The position numbers and the translations under genes were made by a program. A stretch of 54,201 nt of DNA from an uncultured bacterium (GTDB lineage: Bacteria; JAJVIF01; JAPKYR01): NCBI GenBank assembly GCA_965369865.1, contig CBDURU010000012.1:1-54201 (forward strand), in the 5' to 3' direction. The notes beneath the pieces are model-generated. The model worked only from the letters and a program-made list of their open reading frames with translations. It was not told the origin of the DNA and did no database searches. Positions 27,976 to 37,282 of the stretch are shown piece after piece (position 1 is the first letter of the stretch; every line of letters begins with the position of its first letter).

Positions 27976-29217
27976 CTAACCTTCGAAGCGTTTTACCGCG
28001 ATAACCGCGTTATGCCCTCCAAATCCGAATGAATTGGATAACGCGAAATTCACTGCTTTTTCCCGGGATTCATTCGGCACGTAATCCAGATCGCATTCCG
28101 GATCGGGAAAATCGTAATTTATTGTCGGAGGTATCCAGCCCTTTTCCATTCCGAGAAGTGTTGCGGCCAGTTCTGCGGCACCGCTCGCGCCAAGAAGGTG
28201 CCCGATCATACTCTTGGTGGAGCTGACGGGTATCTCGTACGCCCTGTCGCCGAAAAGGGTTTTTATCGCCTTGGTTTCAGCCGGATCGTTATGAAGTGTT
28301 GATGTGCCGTGGGCATTGATGTAATCAACATCCTCGATTGTCATACCGGCATCTTTTATTGCATTTCTCATAGCCACAACCGCACCTGCGCCCCCGGGAG
28401 CAGGCGCAGTTATGTGATAAGCGTCGCACGAGGCGCCATAGCCGGCCAATTCAGCATATATCCTTGCGCCTCTTCCAACAGCCTGTTCCATCTCTTCGAG
28501 TACGAATATGCATCCACCATCACCCATGACAAACCCGGAGCGTTTCGCATCGAACGGACGGCTGCTTTTCTCGGGATTGTCATTATAGTCGATTGTGATA
28601 GCTTTCATGCTCTGAAAACCGGCAACACCGAGGGGGACCAGTGCCGCTTCCGACCCGCCTGCAATTATTGTCGATGACATCCCGGTCTGGATATATTTCA
28701 TGGCAATACCAATTGCATGATTGGAACTTGCACATGCGGAGACAACCGCGTGGTTCGGGCCTTTTAAACCAAGCGCGATTGCGATCAGGCCTGCGGCTAT
28801 GTTAGTGATGGAATGGGGGATGTAGAACGGGCTGACACGGTTAGGTCCCTGGGTTAACAGGCGTTCATGGTCGCGGCAGAATGTGTATAGCCCACCAATA
28901 CCGGTCGCATGAATAACCCCTGTAGTGTCCTTATCAAGCTCCCCGTCCTTGAAGCCTGCATCCTCAATAGCCATTTTCGCACAGGCGACAGCGTACTGAC
29001 TGTATCTGTCAAACCTCTTGGCTTCCTTTTTATCCATATACTGCGTGGGTTCAAAATCGTTAATTTCCGCACCAATACGAGCCTTGAATTCACTGGTGTC
29101 CCAGTTAACAATTTGACTAATCCCACTCTTCCCGGCATGAAAAGCATCCCTGTTAACTTCTTTGCCAGCTCCGAATGTTGTCAACAATCCCATTCCGGTG
29201 ATAGCAACACGCTTCAT
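27976..29217 (-). CDS. fabF: Beta-ketoacyl-ACP synthase II
   Basis: [38 protein letters not shown]; start moved to ATG 29217 behind GGAGG. Confidence 0.97.
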   Translation of the reverse strand: MKRVAITGMGLLTTFGAGKEVNRDAFHAGKSGISQIVNWDTSEFKARIGAEINDFEPTQYMDKKEAKRFDRYSQYAVACAKMAIEDAGFKDGELDKDTTGVIHATGIGGLYTFCRDHERLLTQGPNRVSPFYIPHSITNIAAGLIAIALGLKGPNHAVVSACASSNHAIGIAMKYIQTGMSSTIIAGGSEAALVPLGVAGFQSMKAITIDYNDNPEKSSRPFDAKRSGFVMGDGGCIFVLEEMEQAVGRGARIYAELAGYGASCDAYHITAPAPGGAGAVVAMRNAIKDAGMTIEDVDYINAHGTSTLHNDPAETKAIKTLFGDRAYEIPVSSTKSMIGHLLGASGAAELAATLLGMEKGWIPPTINYDFPDPECDLDYVPNESREKAVNFALSNSFGFGGHNAVIAVKRFEG

Positions 29218-29273
29218 AAATAGTTCCTCCAACATGACTTTTTCATGCGATTTCAAATCACTCAGGATAAAGC

Positions 29274-30029
29274 TTAATGCATATGCAAACCGCCGTTAAT
29301 ATGCAGAATGGCGCCCGTTATATATCCAGCCTCATCGCTGGCAAGGTAGACAACCGCACAGGCAACATCCCTGGCGGTACCGGTGCGTTCCAGTGCGATG
29401 TATTTAATTAATTCCCCCTTGCGTTCTTCGGTCATTCTATCAGTCATACCACCCGCAATAAACCCGGGTGCAATAACATTCGAGGTGATGTTCCTCGGTC
29501 CCATCTCGCGTGCAATTGCACGGCTCATACCATTAATGCCCCCCTTGCTGGCGGCATAAGCCACCTGCGCGGTGCTTCCTGTATGGGCAACAACACTACC
29601 CATGTGGATCATTCTTCCCCAGTTGTTCCTCGCCATTATCCTCGATACGGCACGCGATACATTCAGCATACTTTCCAGGTTGCCCGCTAAAACCTCCTTC
29701 ACCAGTTCAGGTTTCTGACGTATCAGGAGTGAGTCCCTGCTCACACCCGAATTATTTACCAGAATATCGATAGTACCCAGATTTTCGACCGCTTCTTTAA
29801 CAACACGATCCACATCGTCGGGGTTCGTCAGGTCTCCTTGTACTGCCACACCCCTGACCCCCATACCGGTGATTTCAGCCACCAGGTTATCAGCAGCCTG
29901 GGAATTACTGAAATAGTGGCATGCGATATCCGCGCCCTTCTCAGCAAGGGCTTTTACTATTTCACGTCCCAGCGATCCGCTGGAGCCGGTAACAAGCGCA
30001 ACTTTTCCAGTAAGGTTAAACATATCCAA
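29274..30029 (-). CDS. fabG: 3-oxoacyl-ACP reductase
   Basis: [22 protein letters not shown]; fab operon context. Confidence 0.9.
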   Translation of the reverse strand: MDMFNLTGKVALVTGSSGSLGREIVKALAEKGADIACHYFSNSQAADNLVAEITGMGVRGVAVQGDLTNPDDVDRVVKEAVENLGTIDILVNNSGVSRDSLLIRQKPELVKEVLAGNLESMLNVSRAVSRIMARNNWGRMIHMGSVVAHTGSTAQVAYAASKGGINGMSRAIAREMGPRNITSNVIAPGFIAGGMTDRMTEERKGELIKYIALERTGTARDVACAVVYLASDEAGYITGAILHINGGLHMH

Positions 30030-30043
30030 TTAATGCCACCTGT

Positions 30044-30991
30044 TCAAATAACCAGTTCGGCAACTTTTTCTGCTTCTTCCGGATTGGCGCATCCGGCAAT
30101 TACCCCTTCGAAATTCTTCCCGACGATCTTCTTCACCAGGCCCTGAAGGACGTTTCCATACCCGACTTCAATAAAAACCTCGATCTCGTCATCCAGCATT
30201 TTCTGAATTGACTCGACCCATCGAACCGGGCTTACAATCTGCAGGGACAACATTCTGATAGCAGTTGCCAAATCCTTGTTGGGAAGCCCGGTTACATTGT
30301 GAACGATCCGTGTCATCGGGTCCGAAAACCTGACCTTTTTAAGCTTCTCAAAAAATCTCTCACTTACGGGCTCCATAAGTGCTGAATGAAACGGAACGCT
30401 TACTTTTAACTTGACAACCCTTTTTACATTAAACTTATGAGCAATGTCTATAGCCCTATCGACGGCTTCAGTGTGTCCTGAAATGACAGTCTGCATGGGA
30501 GTATTAAAATTAGCGATATCGAGCACCTGGTCCTTCCGGACCTTATCTATCAGGTTCTCAATTTTTTCAACCTTGGCACCCATCAGGGCGACCATCGATC
30601 CGACCCCTTCCGGCACAGCGGACTGCATCATTTTTCCACGGGTATGTACCAGTTGAACTGCGTCCCTGAATTCAAGGGCACCGGAGGCCGTTATGGCAGA
30701 GAATTCACCAAGCGAATGCCCGGCTACATATGCAGGAAAAACCCCATAGCCCACAGCTTTCACCAGGTGCTTCCAGGCGGCGAAGGATGTAGTGAGAATC
30801 GCAGGTTGGGCATTTGCAGTGAGTATAAGCTCGTCCTCAGGTCCAGTGACTATTAATTTTTTCAGGTCGAATCCAAGTTCTTCATTCGCTTCATCAAACA
30901 CATAATCCGAAAATGGATCGTTCAGGAGTTCCGATGCCATCCCTATCGCCTGCGACCCCTGCCCAGGGAATATACATGCGAATCTCCTCAT
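30044..30991 (-). CDS. fabD: Malonyl-CoA:ACP transacylase
   Basis: FPGQGSQ, GHSLGE, VSVPFHS, PVRW. Confidence 0.96.
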   Translation of the reverse strand: MRRFACIFPGQGSQAIGMASELLNDPFSDYVFDEANEELGFDLKKLIVTGPEDELILTANAQPAILTTSFAAWKHLVKAVGYGVFPAYVAGHSLGEFSAITASGALEFRDAVQLVHTRGKMMQSAVPEGVGSMVALMGAKVEKIENLIDKVRKDQVLDIANFNTPMQTVISGHTEAVDRAIDIAHKFNVKRVVKLKVSVPFHSALMEPVSERFFEKLKKVRFSDPMTRIVHNVTGLPNKDLATAIRMLSLQIVSPVRWVESIQKMLDDEIEVFIEVGYGNVLQGLVKKIVGKNFEGVIAGCANPEEAEKVAELVI

Positions 30992-32118
30992 TGTTTCTGC
31001 CAGTCCCGTCCGGGTTTCAACCGGTCCGAGTATGTATCGGATACAGAGTCATCAGCCATAGCATCGGCACCTAAAACCGGAAGAGGATCGATTCCCCACT
31101 TAATGAGAGCCCCAGCCCAGGTTAGCCCGGCACCGAAACTGACAAGCAGAATCCAGTCGCCTTTCTTAATGCGCCCCTCCATTTCGGCTTCATATACGCA
31201 GCTCGGAATGGTGGCTGAGGTCGTGTTTCCATACCGTTCAATATTATTGAAAATCTGGTCAGGTTTCAGATTCAGACGTTTAGTGACCGCATCGATAATC
31301 CTGAGATTCGCCTGGTGTCCGATAAACAGCCCTAGCTCTTCCGGGTTCACATGGTTCCGTTCCAGGAGGGTTCTTGCAACGATCAACATTTTTCTCACAG
31401 CAAGCTTAAAAGTTTCCTGGCCTTCCATATGGAGGTAGTGCTCCCTGTTGTTAACAGTTTCATGCGATGCAGGATGCGCGCTGCCCCCACCGGGCATATG
31501 GAGGAGTTTCAAGTGGCGACCGTCCGATCCGATTTCCATATCGACAATACCATATGGTTCATAAGTTGCCTCAAGCAGAACAACTGATGCACCATCACCG
31601 AAAAGAACGCATGTAGAGCGGTCGGTCCAGTCCACGATACTGCTCATCACTTCGCTTCCCACCACCAGCGCCTTTTCGGCCCGACCCGATTCGACCGTCA
31701 CCATACCCTGGTACAGGCTGTACATGAACCCGGAACACGCCGCGAGCACATCCCATGACGGCACTCCGATAGCTCCCAGCTTGCCTGCAAGTGTATTTGC
31801 CGATGACGGGAAAATATGGTCGGGGGTGACGGTACCAACCACGATCAGGTCGAGATCCATTGGAGACCAGCCGACACGGGCCAGTGCCTCCTGGCTCGCC
31901 CTCAGGGCAAGGTCGCTTTGTCGCAATCCATTTTTAACGATATGACGTTTTTTAATTCCGGTTCGTTCGAGGATCCATTGATTGGATGTATCGACTATTT
32001 TCTCCAGATCGAAATTTGTAAGGATATGTGGCGGCATATATTTACCAACCGAAACAACAGCAGCCCGCCTTTGGTTTTTCTCTTCTTTTCTAAATCTGCC
32101 TTTAAACATTTTCAACAC
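30988..32118 (-). CDS. fabH: Beta-ketoacyl-ACP synthase III
   Basis: WILERTGI, AACSGF, HQANLRI, YGNTTSA, GAGLTW. Confidence 0.96.
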   Translation of the reverse strand: MLKMFKGRFRKEEKNQRRAAVVSVGKYMPPHILTNFDLEKIVDTSNQWILERTGIKKRHIVKNGLRQSDLALRASQEALARVGWSPMDLDLIVVGTVTPDHIFPSSANTLAGKLGAIGVPSWDVLAACSGFMYSLYQGMVTVESGRAEKALVVGSEVMSSIVDWTDRSTCVLFGDGASVVLLEATYEPYGIVDMEIGSDGRHLKLLHMPGGGSAHPASHETVNNREHYLHMEGQETFKLAVRKMLIVARTLLERNHVNPEELGLFIGHQANLRIIDAVTKRLNLKPDQIFNNIERYGNTTSATIPSCVYEAEMEGRIKKGDWILLVSFGAGLTWAGALIKWGIDPLPVLGADAMADDSVSDTYSDRLKPGRDWQKQ

Positions 32119-33188
32119 TCCACATCTGCGGGCTTAACAGCTTCATCGGGTCGGATTTCCTCATCGGTTTCATTCCCGGTTTTAGAGGCCAGCTTGTAAT
32201 GCATTTTTAATGCTTCTTCCATGCCGCTGAGCAGATCGGTTTTTGCCAGGTCACCGCAAAGCCTGGTTGCGCTGGCGATTGCCCTGCGACCGCTTTTGCC
32301 GTGTGCGATTACCACATTCCCGTTTACACCCAGCAATGACCCGCCGCCGTACTCCTGCCAGTCAAATCGTTTTTTTATTCGTTTGAAGAACGGGTAGAGT
32401 GCCCATGCCGCTAATTTTTCATTGAGCGGGGCACGTTTGATCTCATTCTTCACGATCATTGTCATGAGTGCCGCGAATCCCTCGGCTACTTTCAGGGCGA
32501 CATTTCCTGTAAAACCATCGGTCACTACCACGTCCGCGACAGACTGTGCAAGGTCATTACCCTGCACATTTCCGATGAAATTTATTCCGCTTTCCTTAAG
32601 AATCTGATGGGCGCGTTTGGCGATCTTCGTGCCCTTTGTTTCCTCTTCGCCGATTGAAAGCAGGCCAACCTTCGGGTTACTCACATTCCAGACAAGTTCC
32701 ACATATTTTAATCCCATCACCGCAAAGTTGACGAGATCGGCAGGAGTACAATCCGTAGATGCACCTGCGTCGAGAAGCAGCGAAAATCCCGATGTGTTGG
32801 GAACCGGAATCGCTGCGGCCGGACGGGAGACATGAGGCAGCCGGCCAAGTATCATTGTCGCCCCCACCATAAAGGCTCCTGTGTTTCCTGAAGACAGCAC
32901 GCCGGCGGCTTTTCCATCCTTGGCAAGTTTTATCGCAACCATCATGCTGGAGTTCTTCTTCGTCCTGAATGCGGTAAAAGGATGGTCGTCCGAGCCGATG
33001 ATGTCATCGGCATTCACGACTTCTATCCTGCCGGATGCTTTCGAGGCCTTGACCATAGGGATGAGGATTTTATCAGGACCGACAAGAAGGATCGGGAGTT
33101 CGGAATCGGCAACTCCCTGAACGACTACCGAGGGTCCTTCATCGGTTCCAAATGCATCGACAGCTATAGGTAATGTATTGTAAGACAT
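32112..33188 (-). CDS. plsX: Phosphate acyltransferase PlsX
   Basis: IAVDAFG, SGNTGA, RPA, LLDAGA, DGFTGN..LK..EG, HGKS; start placed at ATG 33188. Confidence 0.93.
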   Translation of the reverse strand: MSYNTLPIAVDAFGTDEGPSVVVQGVADSELPILLVGPDKILIPMVKASKASGRIEVVNADDIIGSDDHPFTAFRTKKNSSMMVAIKLAKDGKAAGVLSSGNTGAFMVGATMILGRLPHVSRPAAAIPVPNTSGFSLLLDAGASTDCTPADLVNFAVMGLKYVELVWNVSNPKVGLLSIGEEETKGTKIAKRAHQILKESGINFIGNVQGNDLAQSVADVVVTDGFTGNVALKVAEGFAALMTMIVKNEIKRAPLNEKLAAWALYPFFKRIKKRFDWQEYGGGSLLGVNGNVVIAHGKSGRRAIASATRLCGDLAKTDLLSGMEEALKMHYKLASKTGNETDEEIRPDEAVKPADVEC

Positions 33189-33337
33189 TGCCAAAACTCC
33201 CCGGATATCCGCCGGGGTACCGCATGATATCATATATGGTCATTTCCCACAATTACATGGAATAAAATCCCGCGTAGCGATACACATTATTGACGTGACC
33301 AGTAAGTGCCCGTAAACTGTATCCAGGTGCAAAAAAT

Positions 33338-33365
33338 TTGACAGGACGGTAATATTAATTAGAAT
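33338..33365 (+). promoter_or_regulatory. Promoter of tRNA-Ala
   Basis: TTGACA-16 nt-TAGAAT upstream of 33392. Confidence 0.65.
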
Positions 33366-33391
33366 AGCCGGTCTGGCTTTATTAAAGACTT

Positions 33392-33467
33392 GGGGCATTA
33401 GCTCAGTTGGGAGAGCGCCTGCCTTGCACGCAGGAGGTCACCGGTTCGAGCCCGGTATGCTCCACCA
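33392..33467 (+). tRNA. tRNA-Ala(TGC), intact copy at attL
   Basis: 76-nt cloverleaf: GGGGCAT/ATGCTCC acceptor with G3:U70, D-arm GCTC/GAGC, anticodon stem CCTGC/GCAGG with TGC, GGTTCGAG T-arm, encoded CCA. Confidence 0.97.
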
Positions 33468-34899
33468 GAAGTCCATTACGCCCTTCTATGAGGTAGTAGA
33501 AGGGCTTTTTCATAGTGTTCATCAGGGTTCCAGAGCGTAGCTGACAGTTCGAGTGAACTAGGTTAACTATCTGACGCTTGATGTCTATGTCGCCCATCTG
33601 GAACATGCGATCCGCACCCTGTGAGAACTCCAGCAGTTGGGCACCGATCTCATATTGATCAAGGTGCGCATGATGGTAACCCTTTATTGCATCAAAGACA
33701 TTATTTAATTCATCCTGTAGCTTTGCGTGGTGTTTTCGCCAGAAACCCTCATCTACCCTACCCGTTAATTTATCCTGGTAAGCAGTATCGAGTCTCGCCC
33801 TGAGTTGTTTTGCGCTGTCATTAAGGATGGTCAACTCATTATTCCGCTGTCTCATTTCAGTTATGTGTACTTCCCTGAGTGCCCGTGTAAATTGATCATG
33901 CATCTCAGGTTCGAGCCTCAATGATTTAAGCGACTCAGCGAATGCAGCATCTATCGTTTCTTGTCTTATCCATCCATTAGCCTTACACTCCCCACGATTC
34001 TGGGTGCAGTGGTAGTAAATGTATTTCCCCTTTTTCTTTTCCCCTACAATCGCACAATCGCAGTGGCCACAGGTAAGCAGCCCCTTGTATGTGAAGTCAC
34101 CCGTATAAACTTTATCAGGTACCTTTGACGTGCTCTTAAGCAGGACCTGTACTTTATTCCACGTCTTAGAATCCACTAACGGATCATATGCACCCGCATG
34201 TAACTCACCACGCCACCGCATAACACCTTTATAAAAAGGATCACCCAGGACTTTCGAGATTGTGGAGTTAGCAATACTGAACGGGTAACCTGCCCTCCTG
34301 AACTCACGGCGCAATTCCCTAAGTGAGATATCACCGGCAGCATACCGATGGTACAACCACTTAACCGCTTTCGCTTTCTCAGGATCAGGTTCAACAGACA
34401 GCAGACCGTCAACGTTCCTGTAACCAAAAGGTGCACGGTGAGGCCAGCCACCCTTGAGCACCTTCTCTGTCATACCCTTTTGAATCTCCTCGCTCAGGTT
34501 ATCAACGTAATTCTTTGCGACCAGCACCTTTATGCCGTGAATGAACTTGTCTGATGATCGTGCATTAGGTCCGACGATCACAGCCTCTTTGACAAAGTGG
34601 ATATCCAATTCCAGATCGTCAATGGTTACCCAATCCCTGATGTTCCGGTATAACCTGTCAGTCTTCTCGGCAAGGATCGTTCGGCATTCAGGATCAGCCT
34701 GCAAAAACTCCAGCATCTCCCTGAAGACAGGACGGCCTGCCTGCTTCGCTGTCTCGATCTCGACGAACTCACGCTGCACCTGGAAGCCCTCGCGGTCTGC
34801 GTACTCACTCAGCAGGCGAAGTTGTGCGTCGATGCTGTAACCCTCTCGCTCCTGTTCCTTGCTACTGACACGTGCGTATATAACTGCTAATGTGTTCAT
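33403..34899 (-). CDS. Large serine recombinase (integrase), 3' end antisense to tRNA/att core
   Basis: YARVSS catalytic Ser, DRLYR, APFGY recombinase domain, CGHC..YYHC..C zinc ribbon, coiled coil. Confidence 0.95.
   Translation of the reverse strand: MNTLAVIYARVSSKEQEREGYSIDAQLRLLSEYADREGFQVQREFVEIETAKQAGRPVFREMLEFLQADPECRTILAEKTDRLYRNIRDWVTIDDLELDIHFVKEAVIVGPNARSSDKFIHGIKVLVAKNYVDNLSEEIQKGMTEKVLKGGWPHRAPFGYRNVDGLLSVEPDPEKAKAVKWLYHRYAAGDISLRELRREFRRAGYPFSIANSTISKVLGDPFYKGVMRWRGELHAGAYDPLVDSKTWNKVQVLLKSTSKVPDKVYTGDFTYKGLLTCGHCDCAIVGEKKKGKYIYYHCTQNRGECKANGWIRQETIDAAFAESLKSLRLEPEMHDQFTRALREVHITEMRQRNNELTILNDSAKQLRARLDTAYQDKLTGRVDEGFWRKHHAKLQDELNNVFDAIKGYHHAHLDQYEIGAQLLEFSQGADRMFQMGDIDIKRQIVNLVHSNCQLRSGTLMNTMKKPFYYLIEGRNGLLVEHTGLEPVTSCVQGRRSPN
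33404..33467 (+). repeat. attL core (tRNA nt 13-76)
   Basis: CAGTTGGGAGAGC...ATGCTCCACCA identical to 53978-54041. Confidence 0.95.
33480..33510 (+). terminator. Element-supplied terminator for the tRNA, embedded in integrase CDS
   Basis: GCCCTTCTA/TAGAAGGGC stem plus TTTTT. Confidence 0.75.
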
Positions 34900-34914
34900 G
34901 GAAGCTCTCCATAG

Positions 34915-35700
34915 TTAGGTAATTATCAACTCATTCTTATCAGCGGCGCTCAACTGTAAATTTTCAACAACATCGTTATAATAATTGGCATACCACCTGA
35001 ATTTTGCCAGTATATTAAAGTCATCGGCATCAATTCCTTTTAAATAGAGCTCTAAATATTTGCCTACGGCTTTTATTCTATCGAACCCATCAGTTGGTTC
35101 TTGGTAACTTCCGCGTATTAACCGTGCCAATACGTTAAGATAATGGAATCCATCTGAGTCCTTGCGAAACATCGAACTATTATCGGCACATACTTGCTCA
35201 TACACATCATCACTCAGAATAATCCGTGGAACACTAGCGCAATTTCTCTCAAGCTCATATGCCCTATTTACTGCTTCCCCAAATAAAGTACCCCCTTTAT
35301 GATATGCCCAACCCATGGAGATGCCACCACGGACAAGAATGTCGTTTGTTAAATTTAAACAGGCATAATCTAGTGCAGAATGACAAACCGTATAGCATGC
35401 TAGTTTCGGATGATCGCTGTCTACTTCGCATGAGATTACTATGCTATCAGAGAAATGAGTGATTACTGGTGTAGTTGAGCGAAGGTTTTGGTATTCGATT
35501 TCCCTATCTCTCCATTGTTTTGAGCTCTCTGAAATTCTGTCTAATGTAACCCTAATTATCTCATAAAGCTCACTATCATCTCGCATCTTGTGCACTAAAT
35601 CACAGAAGCCAAGTATGTCGATAAATGCTACGACTCTCTCATTGGGAAGATGATTTGGGTGGGATGCAGTCACTTTTAAACACCCCCTCATGAAGATCAT
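34915..35700 (-). CDS. Class III nucleotidyl cyclase-like hypothetical protein
   Basis: VAFIDILGF, FSDSIV, VRGGISMG, FGEAVNRAYELE, PRIILS pattern. Confidence 0.6.
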   Translation of the reverse strand: MIFMRGCLKVTASHPNHLPNERVVAFIDILGFCDLVHKMRDDSELYEIIRVTLDRISESSKQWRDREIEYQNLRSTTPVITHFSDSIVISCEVDSDHPKLACYTVCHSALDYACLNLTNDILVRGGISMGWAYHKGGTLFGEAVNRAYELERNCASVPRIILSDDVYEQVCADNSSMFRKDSDGFHYLNVLARLIRGSYQEPTDGFDRIKAVGKYLELYLKGIDADDFNILAKFRWYANYYNDVVENLQLSAADKNELIIT

Positions 35701-36076
35701 ACCACAACAGTACTAGAAAAAATAGAGGCCTGATCGCCCCTTGAGGTTCGTAGATGCGACTACACAAGATTACAATCTGCACCCCTTGGACCACGCATCA
35801 GAACAGGTTTCAATATCACCTGGTGTACACTCGGTTACACTAGGGCGTGCCAGTAATGCTAGAGCTATTTGGAAACACAATTCGTGAGTATTTCTGCTAT
35901 TATGATGCCCTGCTCCTGTTACCTTATTAATATACTGTTAGCATAATAAACCTATATTCAGGCAACGATACTGCAAGTTTAATGCCAAACATACAACTAT
36001 TTGCACTTACTAGCTGTACGTAATGGAATATTGGCAAAATAACCTGATTATTTAGCATTTATTTAGTGTGTACTAC

Positions 36077-36105
36077 TTGACACAGGGCTAATTATCGAGT
36101 ATACT
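36077..36105 (+). promoter_or_regulatory. Consensus sigma70 promoter driving the replication operon
   Basis: TTGACA-17 nt-TATACT. Confidence 0.75.
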
Positions 36106-36484
36106 TAGGGTAGGAAAGAAAATACAAAATGTCACTTAACTTTAACAGTATACGATAGTAACATAAATAGCTAATAATAAGCTTGCATCTATACCCCACC
36201 GCCCATGCTGTTAAGGTAAGTGACACTGATATGGACCTGGGTGGTGGGTATTTTATTTTAGGAAGGAGTGACGCTTATGGACTGATCATCAAGTGAAAAG
36301 GAAAACGCCCACGAGGGGCGTGTGTGAATAGATTGTATACACTCTCTATATACCACATGCAGCGAAAACTCACAAGCCCTCTCATTCGTTTTCCCCACAA
36401 ATAAGTTGTTTTGTAAATTTACCACCAATCATTTACAGGTGGCTATTACTACATTTTTAGAATACTAGAGGACAAACAATAAAG

Positions 36485-36760
36485 ATGAGCAAAAATACAT
36501 CAGTACGCAACACAACCCGTTTGCACCGTTGCGAACACTGCCGAGGTACCTTCTATGCCCCAAAGGGCATACGAGTCTGCCCCCATCCTGAATGTGGAAA
36601 AAAGACTGAGGTCGTTCACGGTTACGATGGCTCCCCTGCTGGTTTCTTCACGAAGTATTTGGAGGGCGTTGCAGTGGAAACCGGATGTGCCATCGAAATC
36701 CGCAACGTGAAGCGAACAGCAGAGATTATTGAAATCACAGCGCAGGATAAGGCCGCTTAG
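36485..36760 (+). CDS. Small zinc-ribbon protein
   Basis: CEHC...CPHPEC; GAGG SD-like upstream. Confidence 0.65.
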   Translation: MSKNTSVRNTTRLHRCEHCRGTFYAPKGIRVCPHPECGKKTEVVHGYDGSPAGFFTKYLEGVAVETGCAIEIRNVKRTAEIIEITAQDKAA

Positions 36761-36766
36761 GAGGTA

Positions 36767-37006
36767 ATGCAGATGAGGATGGATGAAATTACCAGTCAAA
36801 AGTTGCCGGTGATCACAGACCATGATCTTGACGCCCTACTCGACATCGCTAATGCGGAACCAGGAGCTGCACAGCATGCAGTGGATAAATTGTTGATGTG
36901 GCTTTTCGGGCTTGGAGGGATGATGTCGGATCACAAAGGGTGGTTTGAGGAGCTGATCTTTGGGACGCAGACTAGTGAAGGGGGTGATGTCAAGTTGCAG
37001 GGATAA
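36767..37006 (+). CDS. Small hypothetical protein
   Basis: AGGAGG SD directly upstream; 6 nt after previous stop. Confidence 0.6.
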   Translation: MQMRMDEITSQKLPVITDHDLDALLDIANAEPGAAQHAVDKLLMWLFGLGGMMSDHKGWFEELIFGTQTSEGGDVKLQG

Positions 37007-37032
37007 GCTAAATATCACGCTAGCCGATGCTC

Positions 37033-37170
37033 TTATGTACCCCATTGCGGTCGGGTTTTGTACCCACTACGGTCGGATTATGTACCCATTGCGGGTGGAA
37101 ATACGCCCTGTAGGGTGCATGAGAAGTGGCGTTGCTGTTCTGAATAAGTATTAATAAGTATTAATAATAC
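37033..37170. repeat. Putative replication origin: three ~22-bp iterons plus AT-rich 10-bp repeats
   Basis: TTATGTACCCCATTGCGGTCGGG / TTTTGTACCCACTACGGTCGGA / TTATGTACCCATTGCGGGTGGA (37033-37099); AATAAGTATT x2 plus AATAATAC (37143-37170). Confidence 0.7.
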
Positions 37171-37282
37171 AGAGTGATGCAGGGCATCATGAGGGAGAGT
37201 CATAATGGTGTCACATTAGGGCTAGGAATCCAAACACTGGAAAGTTGCCAAAGTAGATTAGTTAATTATAACAGAGGTGTGA

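Noticed and set aside
35733..35808. tRNA-Tyr-like fragment on minus strand (TGGTCCAAGGGG..GCAGATTGTAATCT)
   Set aside because: No acceptor stem or proper T-arm, anticodon loop wrong length; probably chance
36960..37154. 64-aa ORF over the iterons
   Set aside because: Repetitive translation is explained by the DNA repeats; no SD; overlaps upstream gene
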